Part shown: piece by piece, positions 34,101-45,208 of the stretch | How the letters are laid out: the number at the start of each line of letters is the position of its first letter | Position numbering within the stretch: position 1 is the first letter of the stretch | Assembly (NCBI GenBank): GCA_965240325.2 | Contig: OZ251233.1 | Span: 1,178,001-1,242,000 of the forward strand | Reading direction: 5' to 3' | Origin: Rebecca billardiae RCC1528 | Taxonomy: Eukaryota > Protista > Haptophyta | DNA: 64,000 nucleotides | Translations under genes and position numbers: made by a program | Notes under the pieces: generated by a model | Databases searched by the model: none | What the model was told of the DNA's origin: nothing | What the model saw: only the letters and a program-made list of their open reading frames with translations

Positions 34101-34466
34101 GAGCGGCAGCTCGCGCTGGTCGATCCGATCAATGCCGGTCGGCACGACGTACGAGGCGGGGGGCGCGTGCGCCGTGTGCGCGTGCACGGGCAGGTCGGGC
34201 ACGACCGTCGCGCCGTGCGCCTCGAACGCCCGGCGGGCCTGCGCCGTGAGCACCGCCGAGAAGCCGTTCAGCAGCTTGTGGTACACGTGCGTCACGTTCA
34301 CCTGGTGCGGCAGCGCGTGCTCGACGTCGCGGCGCGCGGCCTCGACGGTGGCCGAGGGGGCGGCGCGGTCGAAGGTGACGATCACCCTCTCCAACGTCGC
34401 CGGCGGCGTGCCGCCGACGGCGGTGCACACGGCGGCGAGCACGACGAGCGCGCGTGGGCTGCCCAT
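26604..34466 (-). CDS. Giant type I membrane subtilisin-like (S8, proteinase K type) protease with I9 prodomain, PPC-like, C-type lectin and novel repeated domains
   Basis: Single 2620-aa ORF: signal peptide, I9-like (YHKLLNGFSAVL), triad FILDSG / GHGTHVAG / GTSMACP, oxyanion SAGN, two CTLDs (SCY..F..AE..C..HLA..W.GL..C....PFVCE), Pro-rich linkers, TM AIFLVLVIVVPVVACLCLVCVLAYWF. Confidence 0.93.
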
Positions 34467-34757
34467 CGCCAAGCTGGCCCCGCGCACCCAGCTGCTCGAC
34501 GAGCCCTGCGCAGGCGTGCACCTTGCAGCGGTAGCTGGGCGAGCGATCGTAACGAACGATTTTGCGGCCGCTGCCTGGACCAGTGGAGTGGAGTGGACCG
34601 TGTCCCAAGTCCAAATGTACCCACATATACAAAAAATGAGCCTCCGAATTCGCCAGCAATCAGCGCCAACTAGATAGGAACCGCAGCTCAGATACTACGT
34701 CCGCATATGGAGCAATCGTGATGAATATTGGTTTAAGAGCGCTATTGATAACACGCG

Positions 34758-36302
34758 TCAGGGTCCGGGTACCTCCCGGTCCGGGCAGCGCTCGACTGCA
34801 TGCGGCATCACGTGCGTCACCCACACGTCACGCAGCGCGCCCGACGCGCCCCCGAACCGGGCGTCTGTCGCCAGCTGGTGGCCGAGCACGAGCAAGCGCG
34901 TCGCGCGCGCGCGATCGGCCGGCGGGAAGAGGTGGTGCGTTTCGGCAGACCACGGGCGGGCGGCGGCCACCACGCACGACGCGGCGGCGTGCCGCGGGTC
35001 CGCCTCGAGCACGCGCCGCGCCAGCGCGAGCGGCGTCGGCGCGTCGGCTGCGCCATCGCCGGCGCGCAGATCGGCGCCGGCGCGCAGCTCGGCGAGCGCC
35101 TCCGCCCCCGTCATCTCGCCCACGTGGTGCAGCGCCGTGCTCCACCGCGCAGCGCGCCGCAGCCAGAGCGACAGAGCCGTCGGGCCGCACGCACCCTCTA
35201 GCTCCTCCGCAAGCCTTGAGCGACTCCGCAGGTCCGAGGCCGCCCACGCGAGCCCCGCGCCGTGGCGGCACAGCAGCCGCGCGAGCTCGAACGCGCGCGC
35301 GGCCTCGCCCGCTCGGTCGCGCGGCCCCTCGGCCAGGTGCGTCTCCACGCTGACCAGCCCAACGATCAGCAGCGGCGTGCTCTCGTCCTGACGTCGGACG
35401 GCCTCGACGTCCGCGCCCGGCGCGCGGCGCAGAAGCGCGCGCGCGCCCTCGAGCGCGAGCGTCTCGCATGCGCAGTGCAGGGGCGTCTCGCCACGCGCGT
35501 CGCAGCGCTCGTGGTCCGCGTGCGCGCCGAGCAGCAGCTGCACGAGCGCCGCGCTCGCGCGCTCGCCGCCCCTGCACGCCACGTGAAGCGTTGACTGTCG
35601 GAGCAAATCAGTCTGATTCACGTCGGCGCCCGCGCCGAGCAGGATCGAGACGAATTCGCATTGCTCCCGCCCCCCGCCCGCGGCGCCCTGCCTGCACGCG
35701 ACGAGCAAGGCGGTCTGCCCGTCCATGTCGGTGCGGTCGACGTCGGCGCGCGCCGCGAGCAGCAGCCGCGCGTGCGCACACCGCGGGACGGTGCTCGCCG
35801 CAGCGACGTGCAGAGCGGTCATCTCGGCTCCGTCCGCGAGGTTCACGTCCGCGCCCGCGGCGAGCAGCGCGCGCACGACGTCGGCGTCGGTCGCGCCGCA
35901 CGCGCACGCGGCGTGCAGCGCGCTGCAGCCCCACTGGTCGGTGTGCTGCACGTCCGCGCGTGCGGCGAGCAGCCGCCGCACGCCCCGCGCCTGTCCCCCG
36001 GGCAGGAACCCGACGCCTGTCGACGACGCCAGCCACAGCAGCACGGTTCGTCCTTGGTCGTCCGCGCGATTCAGGTCCGCTCCTGCCTCGAGCAGGAGCT
36101 GCGCGAGCGCGCCGTGCGTGCACGGAGGGGAGGACGACTCGCACCGACAGACGTGGCCCTGGAAGCACGCGAGAAGCGCGCGTGTCCTCGTCCTGCGCGA
36201 CGAGCAGCTCGACGCGGGCAGGCGCGCGTCCGCGAGGAGGAGCTCGCGTACGCGCGGGAGATCGTCCAAGAAGCACGCGTCGTCGAGCGCGTCCTCGTTC
36301 AT
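34758..36302 (-). CDS. Ankyrin repeat protein with C-terminal WSxxTHHLFP motif
   Basis: Several GxTxLHxAC..LL.AGADVN repeats; C-terminal WSAETHHLFP..LL.G helix motif. ATG at 36302 preferred. Confidence 0.85.
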   Translation of the reverse strand: MNEDALDDACFLDDLPRVRELLLADARLPASSCSSRRTRTRALLACFQGHVCRCESSSPPCTHGALAQLLLEAGADLNRADDQGRTVLLWLASSTGVGFLPGGQARGVRRLLAARADVQHTDQWGCSALHAACACGATDADVVRALLAAGADVNLADGAEMTALHVAAASTVPRCAHARLLLAARADVDRTDMDGQTALLVACRQGAAGGGREQCEFVSILLGAGADVNQTDLLRQSTLHVACRGGERASAALVQLLLGAHADHERCDARGETPLHCACETLALEGARALLRRAPGADVEAVRRQDESTPLLIVGLVSVETHLAEGPRDRAGEAARAFELARLLCRHGAGLAWAASDLRSRSRLAEELEGACGPTALSLWLRRAARWSTALHHVGEMTGAEALAELRAGADLRAGDGAADAPTPLALARRVLEADPRHAAASCVVAAARPWSAETHHLFPPADRARATRLLVLGHQLATDARFGGASGALRDVWVTHVMPHAVERCPDREVPGP

Positions 36303-36613
36303 GCGCAGGCGTCGGGGGCTTTCCAGGCCGCGCGCTGCCACGCCCGTCCAAGGACGGCGGAGGCAATGCCGGTTCCTCAGCAGCTCAGCGGGTGAGTTGA
36401 CGTGTCTGAAATCTGATGAAAAATAATCTGCGCTGACGACGAAATCTTGTCGTGTCGCTCGTCCTCCAACGTGCAGTCGTGCGTGCACTGGTTGCATCCA
36501 GTCCATCCACGGTGCGCGCCCGTGCCCGCCCGGAACCGTCCACTACGACCGGGAACGTGAAAGTGTCACAGCCTGTGCTAAGGAGCTAGAGAGCGACATC
36601 GTCAGACTCATCA

Positions 36614-37603
36614 TCATCGGACGCCAGGCTGCGCATCGACGGCGTCGTCGCCATCGGCATCGGCGACCTGACGGCGACCGGGCGCTGCGTGCGGAGCTGC
36701 CGTCGGCGCGGCCGCGAGCGCGTCGTGCGCGAGCGTCACCAGCGAGACCATCGCCACGTCCGAGCGTAGCACGCGCGGGCCGAGGCTGACGGCGGCGAAG
36801 CCGTGCGCGGCGAGGAGCTCAAGCTCATCTGGCTCCTCCCACCCGCCCTCCGGGCCCATCGCCACGAGCACTCGCGCCGCGCACGGCGCGTGCTGCCGCG
36901 CGAGGCGCACCGCCTCTCGCACAGACGGCAGCCGCGGCGCGGGCGCGTCGCGCTGCGGGTGCGCGACCAGCCTGAGCACCTCGGCGCGTGGGCAGACGGC
37001 GTCGAGCTCGCGCTCGCAGAAGCGGCGCAGGTGCCGCGCCTCGACCACGCGGGGCACACGCGTGTCCCCGGCCTGTGCCAGCCCGTCCACCAGCGCCCCG
37101 CGCAGCTTGGCTGCACCACCGTCTCGCCGCAGCAGGTGTGACCCCCAGTAGTCGCGCGGCACCTTGCACGCGTGCGCGAGGATGAGCGTGCCGATGCCGA
37201 GCTGCGCGGCGACGGGCAGCATGCGCTCGAGCTGCAGCGGCCGCGGTAGTGCGAGCAGCAGGTCGACCGCCGGCTCAGCCGGCGCCGCCGTCCCGAGCGC
37301 CGCGTCCGCTGGCAGCTCGATGGTCACCTCGCCGTCCGCACCGAGCACGCGCGCCTCGTCGCACACGCCTCCGTCGATCTGGCCGACGCGTACGGGGGAG
37401 CCAGGCTCGAGGCGAAGGATCTCACGAACGTGCTTGGCGCGCCGGTCGTCCGAGCGCAGCCGCAGCTCGCGTCCGCACAGCTCGTGCGCGTCAAATAGGA
37501 GGCGGTTGAGCGCGCGCGCGCCGCGCGGCGGCGCAAAGGCGAGCACAGAGAAGGAGAGGGACGCGAGCAGACGCGACGGGCGCCTACTACACGCATGCAG
37601 CAT
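36614..37603 (-). CDS. rsmE: 16S rRNA m3U1498 methyltransferase RsmE, probably plastid-targeted
   Basis: HVREILRL, LLLALPRP, VAMGPEGGW, SLGPRVLRSDVA (SPOUT RsmE motifs); presequence LLASLSFSVLA-FAPP. Confidence 0.9.
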   Translation of the reverse strand: MLHACSRRPSRLLASLSFSVLAFAPPRGARALNRLLFDAHELCGRELRLRSDDRRAKHVREILRLEPGSPVRVGQIDGGVCDEARVLGADGEVTIELPADAALGTAAPAEPAVDLLLALPRPLQLERMLPVAAQLGIGTLILAHACKVPRDYWGSHLLRRDGGAAKLRGALVDGLAQAGDTRVPRVVEARHLRRFCERELDAVCPRAEVLRLVAHPQRDAPAPRLPSVREAVRLARQHAPCAARVLVAMGPEGGWEEPDELELLAAHGFAAVSLGPRVLRSDVAMVSLVTLAHDALAAAPTAAPHAAPGRRQVADADGDDAVDAQPGVR

Positions 37604-38314
37604 GCCGCGGCGCGCGTGCCGTGCCCTCGTGAATGGCACGGATACGCCCGCTCGCGCCTCGCGCCTCGCGAGCTCCGCGGCACGTCGTCGCCACGTTGCG
37701 CTGTACTAGTAGTGGGAGGCGCCACGGGCCAGCGCCACAATGGCGGCCGCGAAAAGCTGGCATAAATGCCCCTTTCTCGCGTTGAGGGCGCCATCCTTAC
37801 GCTTGGGGCAATATGCCAGCCAGTGACCACTCTGGGAGGCGGCATTATTGCTTAGTCGAAATCTAATTTCAGACCCCGACTCTGTGGCTCTGCCCTGAGT
37901 CAATGTTTGGCATAATCCATCACAACACCGCCGCCGCTGCTGTTGTCTGTTGACCATCTTCATCGTAGCCAACGCTGACCGTCTCACAGTGCCGTGAATT
38001 GTAATGATGACGACAGTGCTGCTGCCATCCTCCCAGCCGACAAACGGTGCCGGAGAGTGCGCACGTGCCCGGAGCAACCGAGAGTGCACGTCAACGTGCC
38101 CGGAGCAACCGGCGCCCATGCCAGCCAGCCACGAGCCAGGCAGCTGCGCCCGAGCCCGCTCGGACTAGTTCGGAGTGACTTAACGGTGGCGCGGGATTTA
38201 CGTAGTGAGGTCAGGCCATGATGCCGCCGATCTGATGCGGCTGTATTACTGTGCGCCGCTCGAGGCTGAGTTGCGGTACGCGTAGGCGGCCTCGCGCGAG
38301 CTCAGGCTCGTCGG

Positions 38315-40603
38315 TCAGTCTGCGTTTAGAGTCTCGCCGAGCATGTCCAGTGCGTTGCGGAAGCGTGCGTCCACCTCGCGCCAGTGCTTGCTGTCGTCCG
38401 CCCGGCCAGACCCAGAGGCAGAGGGCGAGCTGCTCCGGCGGCGACCGAGCCGGGTGCGGGTGCGGCGTGGCGTGCCACCGTCAGGCAAGTCCGCTTGCGC
38501 AGCTCCGAGGAGGCGCCGGCGTTGTGGGGCCAGGATGGTGTTGCCCACGGGGTCTGTCGGCGTGTCGGTGAAGCACTTGTTGTCGCGCGGCGTGGCGCGC
38601 ATCAGAGGCGTCTCACCGTTGCGCACCTTCCACTCGTCGTACACGGTCTGAGCACCAAGGATCGCGCCGTGCATGTAGCTGCGTGGCCACGGGGTAACCA
38701 CGGGATCGAGATGGAGATCGAGATCGAGAGGGAGAGAGCGCGAGCACCCAGCGCACGCGCACGCGCGCGCACCAGGCAGACATGGCACGCAGAGCGGGCA
38801 CACGAGGGCGAGGGGCTCAGCACGTCAGCCTATCGATGCGTAGGGTGTATCGCGGTGCGGAGCAGGCGCGTGGGTGGCGCTGCGCACGGCAGTCGGCAGT
38901 AGCAGCCTGCGCGCGGCGCAGCACGCCAACACAACGGCGCGTGCTCGGCGGCGCACCCGGGCATGTTCTCGCACGTGATCTCGCCCACCCACATGACCGA
39001 GCCGTCCGCCATCGGCGCGCGCACGGCGTCGATGCTCGAGTCCACACCAAAGGGCAGGTTCAGGTAGGTGCCGCGGAACCACTCGTCGTGCCGCCAGCGC
39101 GAGACCGCGAAGTCCGTCGGCTCGGGCACGTTCTTCGCGCCGAACACCGCGCGCAGGTCGAGCATCAGCGCGTCCTTGAGCCGCTTGTCGCCCATCGACT
39201 CGAAGCGCTCCGCCTCGCGGCTGAAGAGCGTGGCGAAGATCACCTTCGAGCCCGGCCGGAAGCCCTTGGCGTCGAGGGACTGCCAGACGACGCCGGCGAG
39301 GCCCGAGCGGCTCATGATGTTCGAGAAGACGCCATCCCAGAACTTGGTCGGGAACTTGAAGAACACCTTCTGGTACAGCGGGTAGTGCAGGGAGAGAAGG
39401 CCTCGCAGACGCTCGCCGCGCACGCGCGGCGTGTACGCAGTGCCGCCCTCGCGCACAGCGTTCCACCGGAGGACGTTGAGCGAGCGCGTGTCGAAGAGCG
39501 TGTCGAAGGAGTAGGCGGTACCGTTGCGCAGCGTGATCGTCTTGAGCTCGGTGTTCACGTTGTCCACCGGCGAGTTGTAGTTGAGCAGCTGCGAGGCGCG
39601 CCCAGCCGCCCGCGGCGAGCTCAGGTGAAGGTCCAGCCAGCAGCCGACCAGCTCCTCCGCACCGCGCTCGTCCTTGATGAAGTAGTCGACGTCCGTGTGC
39701 GGGGCGGTGGTCGTGGTGTGCGGCAGCGACTTGTGCAGGCGGTTCACGAGCGCACTCTCCGCGAAATCGTATTCAATGGATTGCTGGCAGCGGCAGCGGC
39801 AGCCGGGGGAGGAGGAGGCGAGCGGAGAGCGATGCGAGAGTTGAGCGAGAGAGGCAGCGCGCGGGGCGATCAGTGGGCGGGCACCACCGCCATGAGCACG
39901 GCCAATCGCACGGGCGCGCGAGGAAGGCAGGGCGCACGCAGCGGGCCGACAAAGGGCTTACAGCAAGCAGGCACAGGGGCGCGCCACGCGCTGACTGGCG
40001 CACGCACACGCCGCCGCCGCGCACCGTCTCGGCGAGCCAGTCGTCCTGTGTGACGGGCCACCAGCCGCACAGCTTGAGTCCGACGTCGAGCGGCATATCG
40101 TCCTTGCCGCGGGCGAGGTTGTGCGCGGCGAGCTCGGCCACACAGTCTATGGCCGTGTCGAACTCGTCGTACGGCACGTCCGCCTCCTCGCCACTCGCGC
40201 GATAGTCCGTCCAGTCGTCCCAATCCTGCTCCTGCGTCTCGACTAGGCACTCGGCGATGCGCTCCGTGAGCGGGTGAGCCGCGCCACCGCCCGCCTGCCA
40301 GCTCGCGCCCTTGGGCATCACATCGCCACTCTCGAGCGAGAAGGACTGTGCACGCCCGCCGTACGTGTGCCGCGCCTCGAATGCGACGAACTCCTTGCCA
40401 TCGCGCGCGAGCATGGAAGCCAGCTCGGCGCCTGCAAATCCGAGGCCGATCACGATGTGCTTGAAGTGGGCGCTCGGCGCGACGGGCTCAGTTACAACGC
40501 GGCGGGGACCGACGCCATCATCGACGGGACTGAAGGCGTCGAAGGCGCCGAAGCCCCATGGGCACGTCAAAAGGGCGACCGCGATCGCGCAGCTCGTCGC
40601 CAT
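38315..40603 (-). CDS. Secreted flavin-containing amine oxidase (polyamine oxidase-like); exons 40603-40025, 39783-38957, 38678-38315
   Basis: Signal peptide; IVIGLGFAG, FEARHTYGGR, KVFFKFPTKFW, WRHDEWFRGTY, GE..; splicing at GT-AG sites restores PGYMHGA. Confidence 0.88.
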
Positions 40604-40716
40604 CGCGCCGATGAATAAATAAGATTAAAAAAGTTTATTCCAGTTCCGACGGCCGTTGCTCCCCGGCGGCCGCCCGGCCCCGCCTCCGCTGCACACCTAC
40701 ACGCGAACGGTCACAC

Positions 40717-43425
40717 TCACAAGCTGACGTGCGCGCGGTGTGCTGGGCGAGGCGGCGCAACGCTGTGGTCCGCTGGCGCCGCGTCCACGTCGCCGTCCTT
40801 CGCGCCGGGCGGCGTCCCGCCTCGCGCCGCCTCGCGCTCAGCAGCCGGCTGGGCGCACGCCGCCGCAGCGGCGGCGTTGAGCTCCGAGTGGTTGGTGCGC
40901 GCGGCCGCCTGCGCCATCCTCGCCTCCATCTCGGCGACGCGCGCGCGGATGGGCGAGTCGCTGGCGTTCCTGCCAGCGCCGGCGCGGGGGCTAAGCGGCG
41001 CGCCCGCCTCAGCCTCAGCGGCGCTGGCGGAGGCGCCGTGCGGCCGCGTCGGCGGCGGAGTGCCGTGGCCGCGCGCGCCCTCGCGCGCCTTGGGCAGCGC
41101 CGCCGCTCTCGCGCCGTGCGCATGCTCGGCGGTCGCGCCGCCGCTCCGCGCGTGGCCGGCGCCGCTCGGCACACTCTCTCGATCCAACGAAACCCGCGCC
41201 GCGGGCACGCACGCCCTCGGCGGCGGGCGGAACGGCGGTGGCGTGTCTCCGCCGCCGCCGCTGCCGCTGCGACCGCCGCTGCCGCCGCCGTCGATGTGCG
41301 TGCCAGACCAGCCGAGGCCAAGCGCGGGGCACAGCCCCTCGCGCGACGGCCGCGAGCCGCGCCTTCCCATCGGCAGCGGCGGTGATGTCTCGCTCCCGTG
41401 CGCGCACGCGCCGCCGCCACTCCGGGCGTTGGGAGACGCTGGCGGCGCCGCCGTCGGCTCGCTCGCAGCCGCCAGACGCGGCGGCAGGGGCGGGCTGCTC
41501 TCGGCGCCGCCGCGCGCCGCGGCGGCCTCGTGCGGCGCGCGCGCGAGCGGCGGCGTGCTTTTCTGAGGCGGTCGGAACGGTGGCGGTGTGTCACTCTTGC
41601 CCGAGACTGGCTGTGGGCTTCGCGGCGGCGCGTCGGCAGCAGCGCGCTCGGTGACCCTCGACTTGGACGGTCGACGTCGAGGGGGCGCGGTCCTCTCGCC
41701 TGCCGCGGCCGCCGCGGCAGGCGCCGCTGTCGCCGTCGCCGCCGTCACCGGTGCCGCTGCCGCCGTGGGCACCGCCGTCTCGGGCGGCGACGTAGCGGGC
41801 GCGGCCGCCGCCACGCCGGCTTTCGGAGCCGCGTCCGCATCGCGCGGCTCGGCATCGCGCGCGCGCTCGGCCGGTGGCTCCGGCCGCGAGCTCGCCAGCG
41901 CGCTCGAGTGGCGCCCCATGTGCTCCTCGCGCGGTCGCGTGCGCATAGGCGACGCGGCCGGCGTGATCGCGGGCGACGGGCTCGCCGAGGCGGAGGTGGA
42001 CAGCGGCAGCACCCTCGAGGGCGATCTGCTGCGATCTTGGCTTGCGCTGCCGCCGCCCGCGCCGGGCACAGCGAGCGCAAGGCCACCGCTGCCCTGCCGC
42101 TTGAGCGCGGCGGCGACGGCGCTGCGCACGTGCTCGACGGCGGACGCGGCGTCGATCGGCGAATCGCTGCGCGCCGGCTGCCGCGCCGCCGCGGAAGGCC
42201 GCGGCGAGGGCCGCGGCGGCGGCGGCACGGCCGACAAGTGCGGCACGCCGCGTGCCAACACCGCCACACCAGAGCCCGCGCCGAGCGGGTCGGCGGTCGG
42301 CGGCGGCGGGTCGGTGGGCGGCGCCGGCGGGGATGACTCAGCCGACTGAACGATGAGTGCGGGCGGAGCTGAGTGGCGCGAGGGGTCGCTCGGCCCTGTG
42401 CCGGGCGGCGCCGCGGGCGGGGGCGCGCCGCCCCTGGCACCGGCCGCGCCGCCAGGGGCGCAGACTCGTGCGAGCAGCTGCGCCGCGGCCGAGGCGGAGG
42501 CAGGGGCGGCGGCCGCGCGCGCCGCTGCCTCGCGCGTCGGAGCCGCGGCCGAGGAGGGCGGCGGCGGCGGGGCGGCGGGCGGGGGCGCGGGGGGCGCCGA
42601 CGGCTGGAGCGACGCTCCAGCCGACGGCGGCGGCACCGCCGGCTTCTCGCCGCCGCCGTGGCTCGATTGCTCCTGCAACGGCGGTAGCTGCGCGGGGCGA
42701 CCGCCGCCTGGGAGCGGCGAGCGTGGGCGTCTGCCGCCAGGCGGTGACGATGAGCGATGGCTGTGCCGCATCGGAGATCCGGCGCGCGAGGAGTAGTCGG
42801 ACGCGTCGTCATCGTCGTCCATCCCCGTGTCGCCGTGCAGCCGCCGCTCCGCCGCGTTGGCCCTCGCCTCCGCCATCGCCACCCTCAGCACCGCCTCGTT
42901 GAGCGCTCCCATCAGCTGCCCGTGCCGCTTGGTGCTCGCTGCCACGTCGTCGTCGAAGGCGGCGCACTCGGACTGGAGCACGCCCAGAATCGCGATCGCC
43001 GTCGCCTCGAAGCGCCCCTGCGCCTCCGCCAGCCGCGAGTCCAGCGTGCGCTCGAGCGCGGCGATGCGCGCCTTGGCGCGTGCCAGCTCCTCGCGCAGCT
43101 CCTCCGTCACCTCCTCGCGGTGGAGGCGGTCGCGCTCGGCCTCGATCTCGAGGCGCGCCTGGGTCGTCAGCTGCGTGGGCGGCACGCGCCGCCCCTCGAG
43201 CTGCGGCGAAGCCGTCGCAGGCCGGCGCGCCGACATCGACACGCGCGAGAGGCTGCTGCGTGCCGGCGGCGTGCGCAGCAGCGTGCTTCGCGCGCTCGCA
43301 GAGGCAGGCGGTGGCTTGTATGAGTTGCGCCTCTCGCGCGACGCCTCGGTCATCGACGCCGGGTAGTACGTCGGGGCCGTGGTCGCAAGCCCCGCGGACG
43401 GCCGCATGCCGCCACGCTCGGCCAT
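40717..43425 (-). CDS. Hypothetical coiled-coil plus Pro/Ala-rich protein
   Basis: Heptad-like region (ARLEIEAERDRL..LREELARAKARIAALER) followed by long low-complexity region with repeated TPPPFRPP / SPPLP; 3' end uncertain. Confidence 0.6.
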   Translation of the reverse strand: MAERGGMRPSAGLATTAPTYYPASMTEASRERRNSYKPPPASASARSTLLRTPPARSSLSRVSMSARRPATASPQLEGRRVPPTQLTTQARLEIEAERDRLHREEVTEELREELARAKARIAALERTLDSRLAEAQGRFEATAIAILGVLQSECAAFDDDVAASTKRHGQLMGALNEAVLRVAMAEARANAAERRLHGDTGMDDDDDASDYSSRAGSPMRHSHRSSSPPGGRRPRSPLPGGGRPAQLPPLQEQSSHGGGEKPAVPPPSAGASLQPSAPPAPPPAAPPPPPSSAAAPTREAAARAAAAPASASAAAQLLARVCAPGGAAGARGGAPPPAAPPGTGPSDPSRHSAPPALIVQSAESSPPAPPTDPPPPTADPLGAGSGVAVLARGVPHLSAVPPPPRPSPRPSAAARQPARSDSPIDAASAVEHVRSAVAAALKRQGSGGLALAVPGAGGGSASQDRSRSPSRVLPLSTSASASPSPAITPAASPMRTRPREEHMGRHSSALASSRPEPPAERARDAEPRDADAAPKAGVAAAAPATSPPETAVPTAAAAPVTAATATAAPAAAAAAGERTAPPRRRPSKSRVTERAAADAPPRSPQPVSGKSDTPPPFRPPQKSTPPLARAPHEAAAARGGAESSPPLPPRLAAASEPTAAPPASPNARSGGGACAHGSETSPPLPMGRRGSRPSREGLCPALGLGWSGTHIDGGGSGGRSGSGGGGDTPPPFRPPPRACVPAARVSLDRESVPSGAGHARSGGATAEHAHGARAAALPKAREGARGHGTPPPTRPHGASASAAEAEAGAPLSPRAGAGRNASDSPIRARVAEMEARMAQAAARTNHSELNAAAAAACAQPAAEREAARGGTPPGAKDGDVDAAPADHSVAPPRPAHRAHVSL

Positions 43426-43794
43426 GTCCTCGCGCGCGCCCGACGACGACGACAGCCGAGCTCGAATGGCTGATGCTGGCGGCTTTTTTGTCGTTGCCAC
43501 TTGCCAGGCGGCCATCGCCCCAGTGCGCTGTGCTGTTTCACCGATCGGATTTCGTCGTCGTCATGGGTCCGTGCCGGTGGGCAGCAATAACAAATCGCGA
43601 CCGCCCTTGACCGCGGCTGGAGCCTCCGCGGCAACGCAGCACCGGCTGGCGGACTGCCACTGAGCGTGGTCCGACTCGCAGTAGCACACTGTGCGGCCTG
43701 ACCATGCCAGCTGATGACAATATGCCAATCGTCCGCGTGCCCGTGGTGCCGCCGCATCGCCAGCTCATCAGTGCTCAGCGTTGCTCATTGTCAG

Positions 43795-45039
43795 TCAATA
43801 TAAGATTGCATGGCTGCGGCCGCTCCTCGGCAGTGGCACAGTGTCACTGTCAGTGACAATGCACGGGACAGCTGGATGGCGCACCGGATGATAGAGCCGG
43901 CCAGGCGCGCGCCTCGCCGGCACGCCGCCCATCGCCCGCGCCCTGGCCGGGACCTCGACGAACCCAATGTATCTCGGGGCAATCGATGCGAGCTCGCACC
44001 GCGGCGGTGCTGGTGCACCCGTGTCCTCGGCCCGCGGCGCTGGTCGGAGGGCGCGTGCCGCCGCGCTCGCGTGTGACCAAGTGCGATTCGCTTTTGTGCT
44101 CATCGCAGTGGCACCGAGCTCATGCCAGCGCCGCTCGCAGCGCTCGAGGCCGGCACGTGCGCGCGGCGCGAGCGAGGCCATGCCCGTTGGGCGCCGGCCG
44201 CACACCGCGTCGAGCGGCTGCCGGGCGAGCAGCCTGCACACATGCGGGAGCAGCAGCTCGTGGTGCGCGTGCTGGCCGAGATCGCGATCTCGCAGCTCGG
44301 CGTCGACGTGCCTCAGGATGGACGCCGAGAGCCGCACGACCGCGACCATGCAGAAGTGGCGCCCGCCGGTCGGGAACGCCGTCGGCCCGGCGCAGAACGT
44401 GCATCGCTCCGGCGAGGCCCAGATGTGGTCGGACGCGCCACGGCGCGGCGGGTGCCACGGGCCGCAAGAGCGCGCGAGCACGTCGGCAGGCTCGCGCTCC
44501 GGGGCGTGCGCGCGCAGGAGCGCGCGCCACGCGGCGGCGGCTGGCGGCAGCCGCGGCTGCGCGCCGGCGTGGAGAGCACCGATCGCCACGTCGCTCTCGA
44601 AGAACCAGATGTGCGCGTGCGGCTGGCGCGCGCCCCACACGATCATTGCCACCTTACTCAGGCGCGAGTGGTGGGGCGAGAACCGACGCAGTGCGGCGCT
44701 CGCGTAGCCACGCGCGGCGAGGACGCGCGCGAGCGCGGGCTGGGTGTACGCGACGACGCGCGCGCCGTGCGTCGCGTTCCCTGCGGCCGTCGACGCCAGC
44801 GCGTCGCGCAGCCGCTGCGCGCTCTCACGAGTCTCGTCCCAGAGCACCGCGAAATCGTACGCCTCCGCGCGCGCCGCGCGGTGCATGGCGATCACGCGCC
44901 GTGCGAGGCAGCTCGCGTGCTCATGGGCGACGAGTACCACCGCGACAGAGGCGGTGCTCGAGGGCGCCGGCGCGAACAAGTCCAGCCTTGGGGTTGGACT
45001 TGCTCCTGCCACAAGGGCAGCGCACCACGCCGCCGCCAT
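43795..45039 (-). CDS. DUF3405-like putative GT-A fold protein with signal peptide
   Basis: MAAAWCAALVAGA; HIWFFESDV, VVRLSASIL, HHELLLP, LYHPVR resemble the W..E.DV / RLS / H.E / HPVK pattern. Confidence 0.6.
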   Translation of the reverse strand: MAAAWCAALVAGASPTPRLDLFAPAPSSTASVAVVLVAHEHASCLARRVIAMHRAARAEAYDFAVLWDETRESAQRLRDALASTAAGNATHGARVVAYTQPALARVLAARGYASAALRRFSPHHSRLSKVAMIVWGARQPHAHIWFFESDVAIGALHAGAQPRLPPAAAAWRALLRAHAPEREPADVLARSCGPWHPPRRGASDHIWASPERCTFCAGPTAFPTGGRHFCMVAVVRLSASILRHVDAELRDRDLGQHAHHELLLPHVCRLLARQPLDAVCGRRPTGMASLAPRARAGLERCERRWHELGATAMSTKANRTWSHASAAARALRPAPRAEDTGAPAPPRCELASIAPRYIGFVEVPARARAMGGVPARRAPGRLYHPVRHPAVPCIVTDSDTVPLPRSGRSHAILY

Positions 45040-45208
45040 CGTGAAGTAGTACGACCGTTTGCTGCTAACCTTATCGTGGAAACTGAAAACGTTCTCAGCC
45101 CACCGACGCCAGAGGCTGCGGCGCATCATCCGGCCGGCATCATTCGTCAACGTTCTGCAAACAGCGCGCACAGGCCGTCATCAGCGCCTCGAGGCTGCCG
45201 TCAGCAGC

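Noticed and set aside
26560-34673. Long plus-strand ORFs opposite the subtilase, and similar antisense ORFs opposite other genes
   Set aside because: Shadow ORFs caused by high GC3 on the coding strand.
37755-38111. Small hairpin (37755-37820) and 18-bp direct repeat (about 38063 and 38094)
   Set aside because: Short, no TSD or second copy in the window; could be chance or local slippage.
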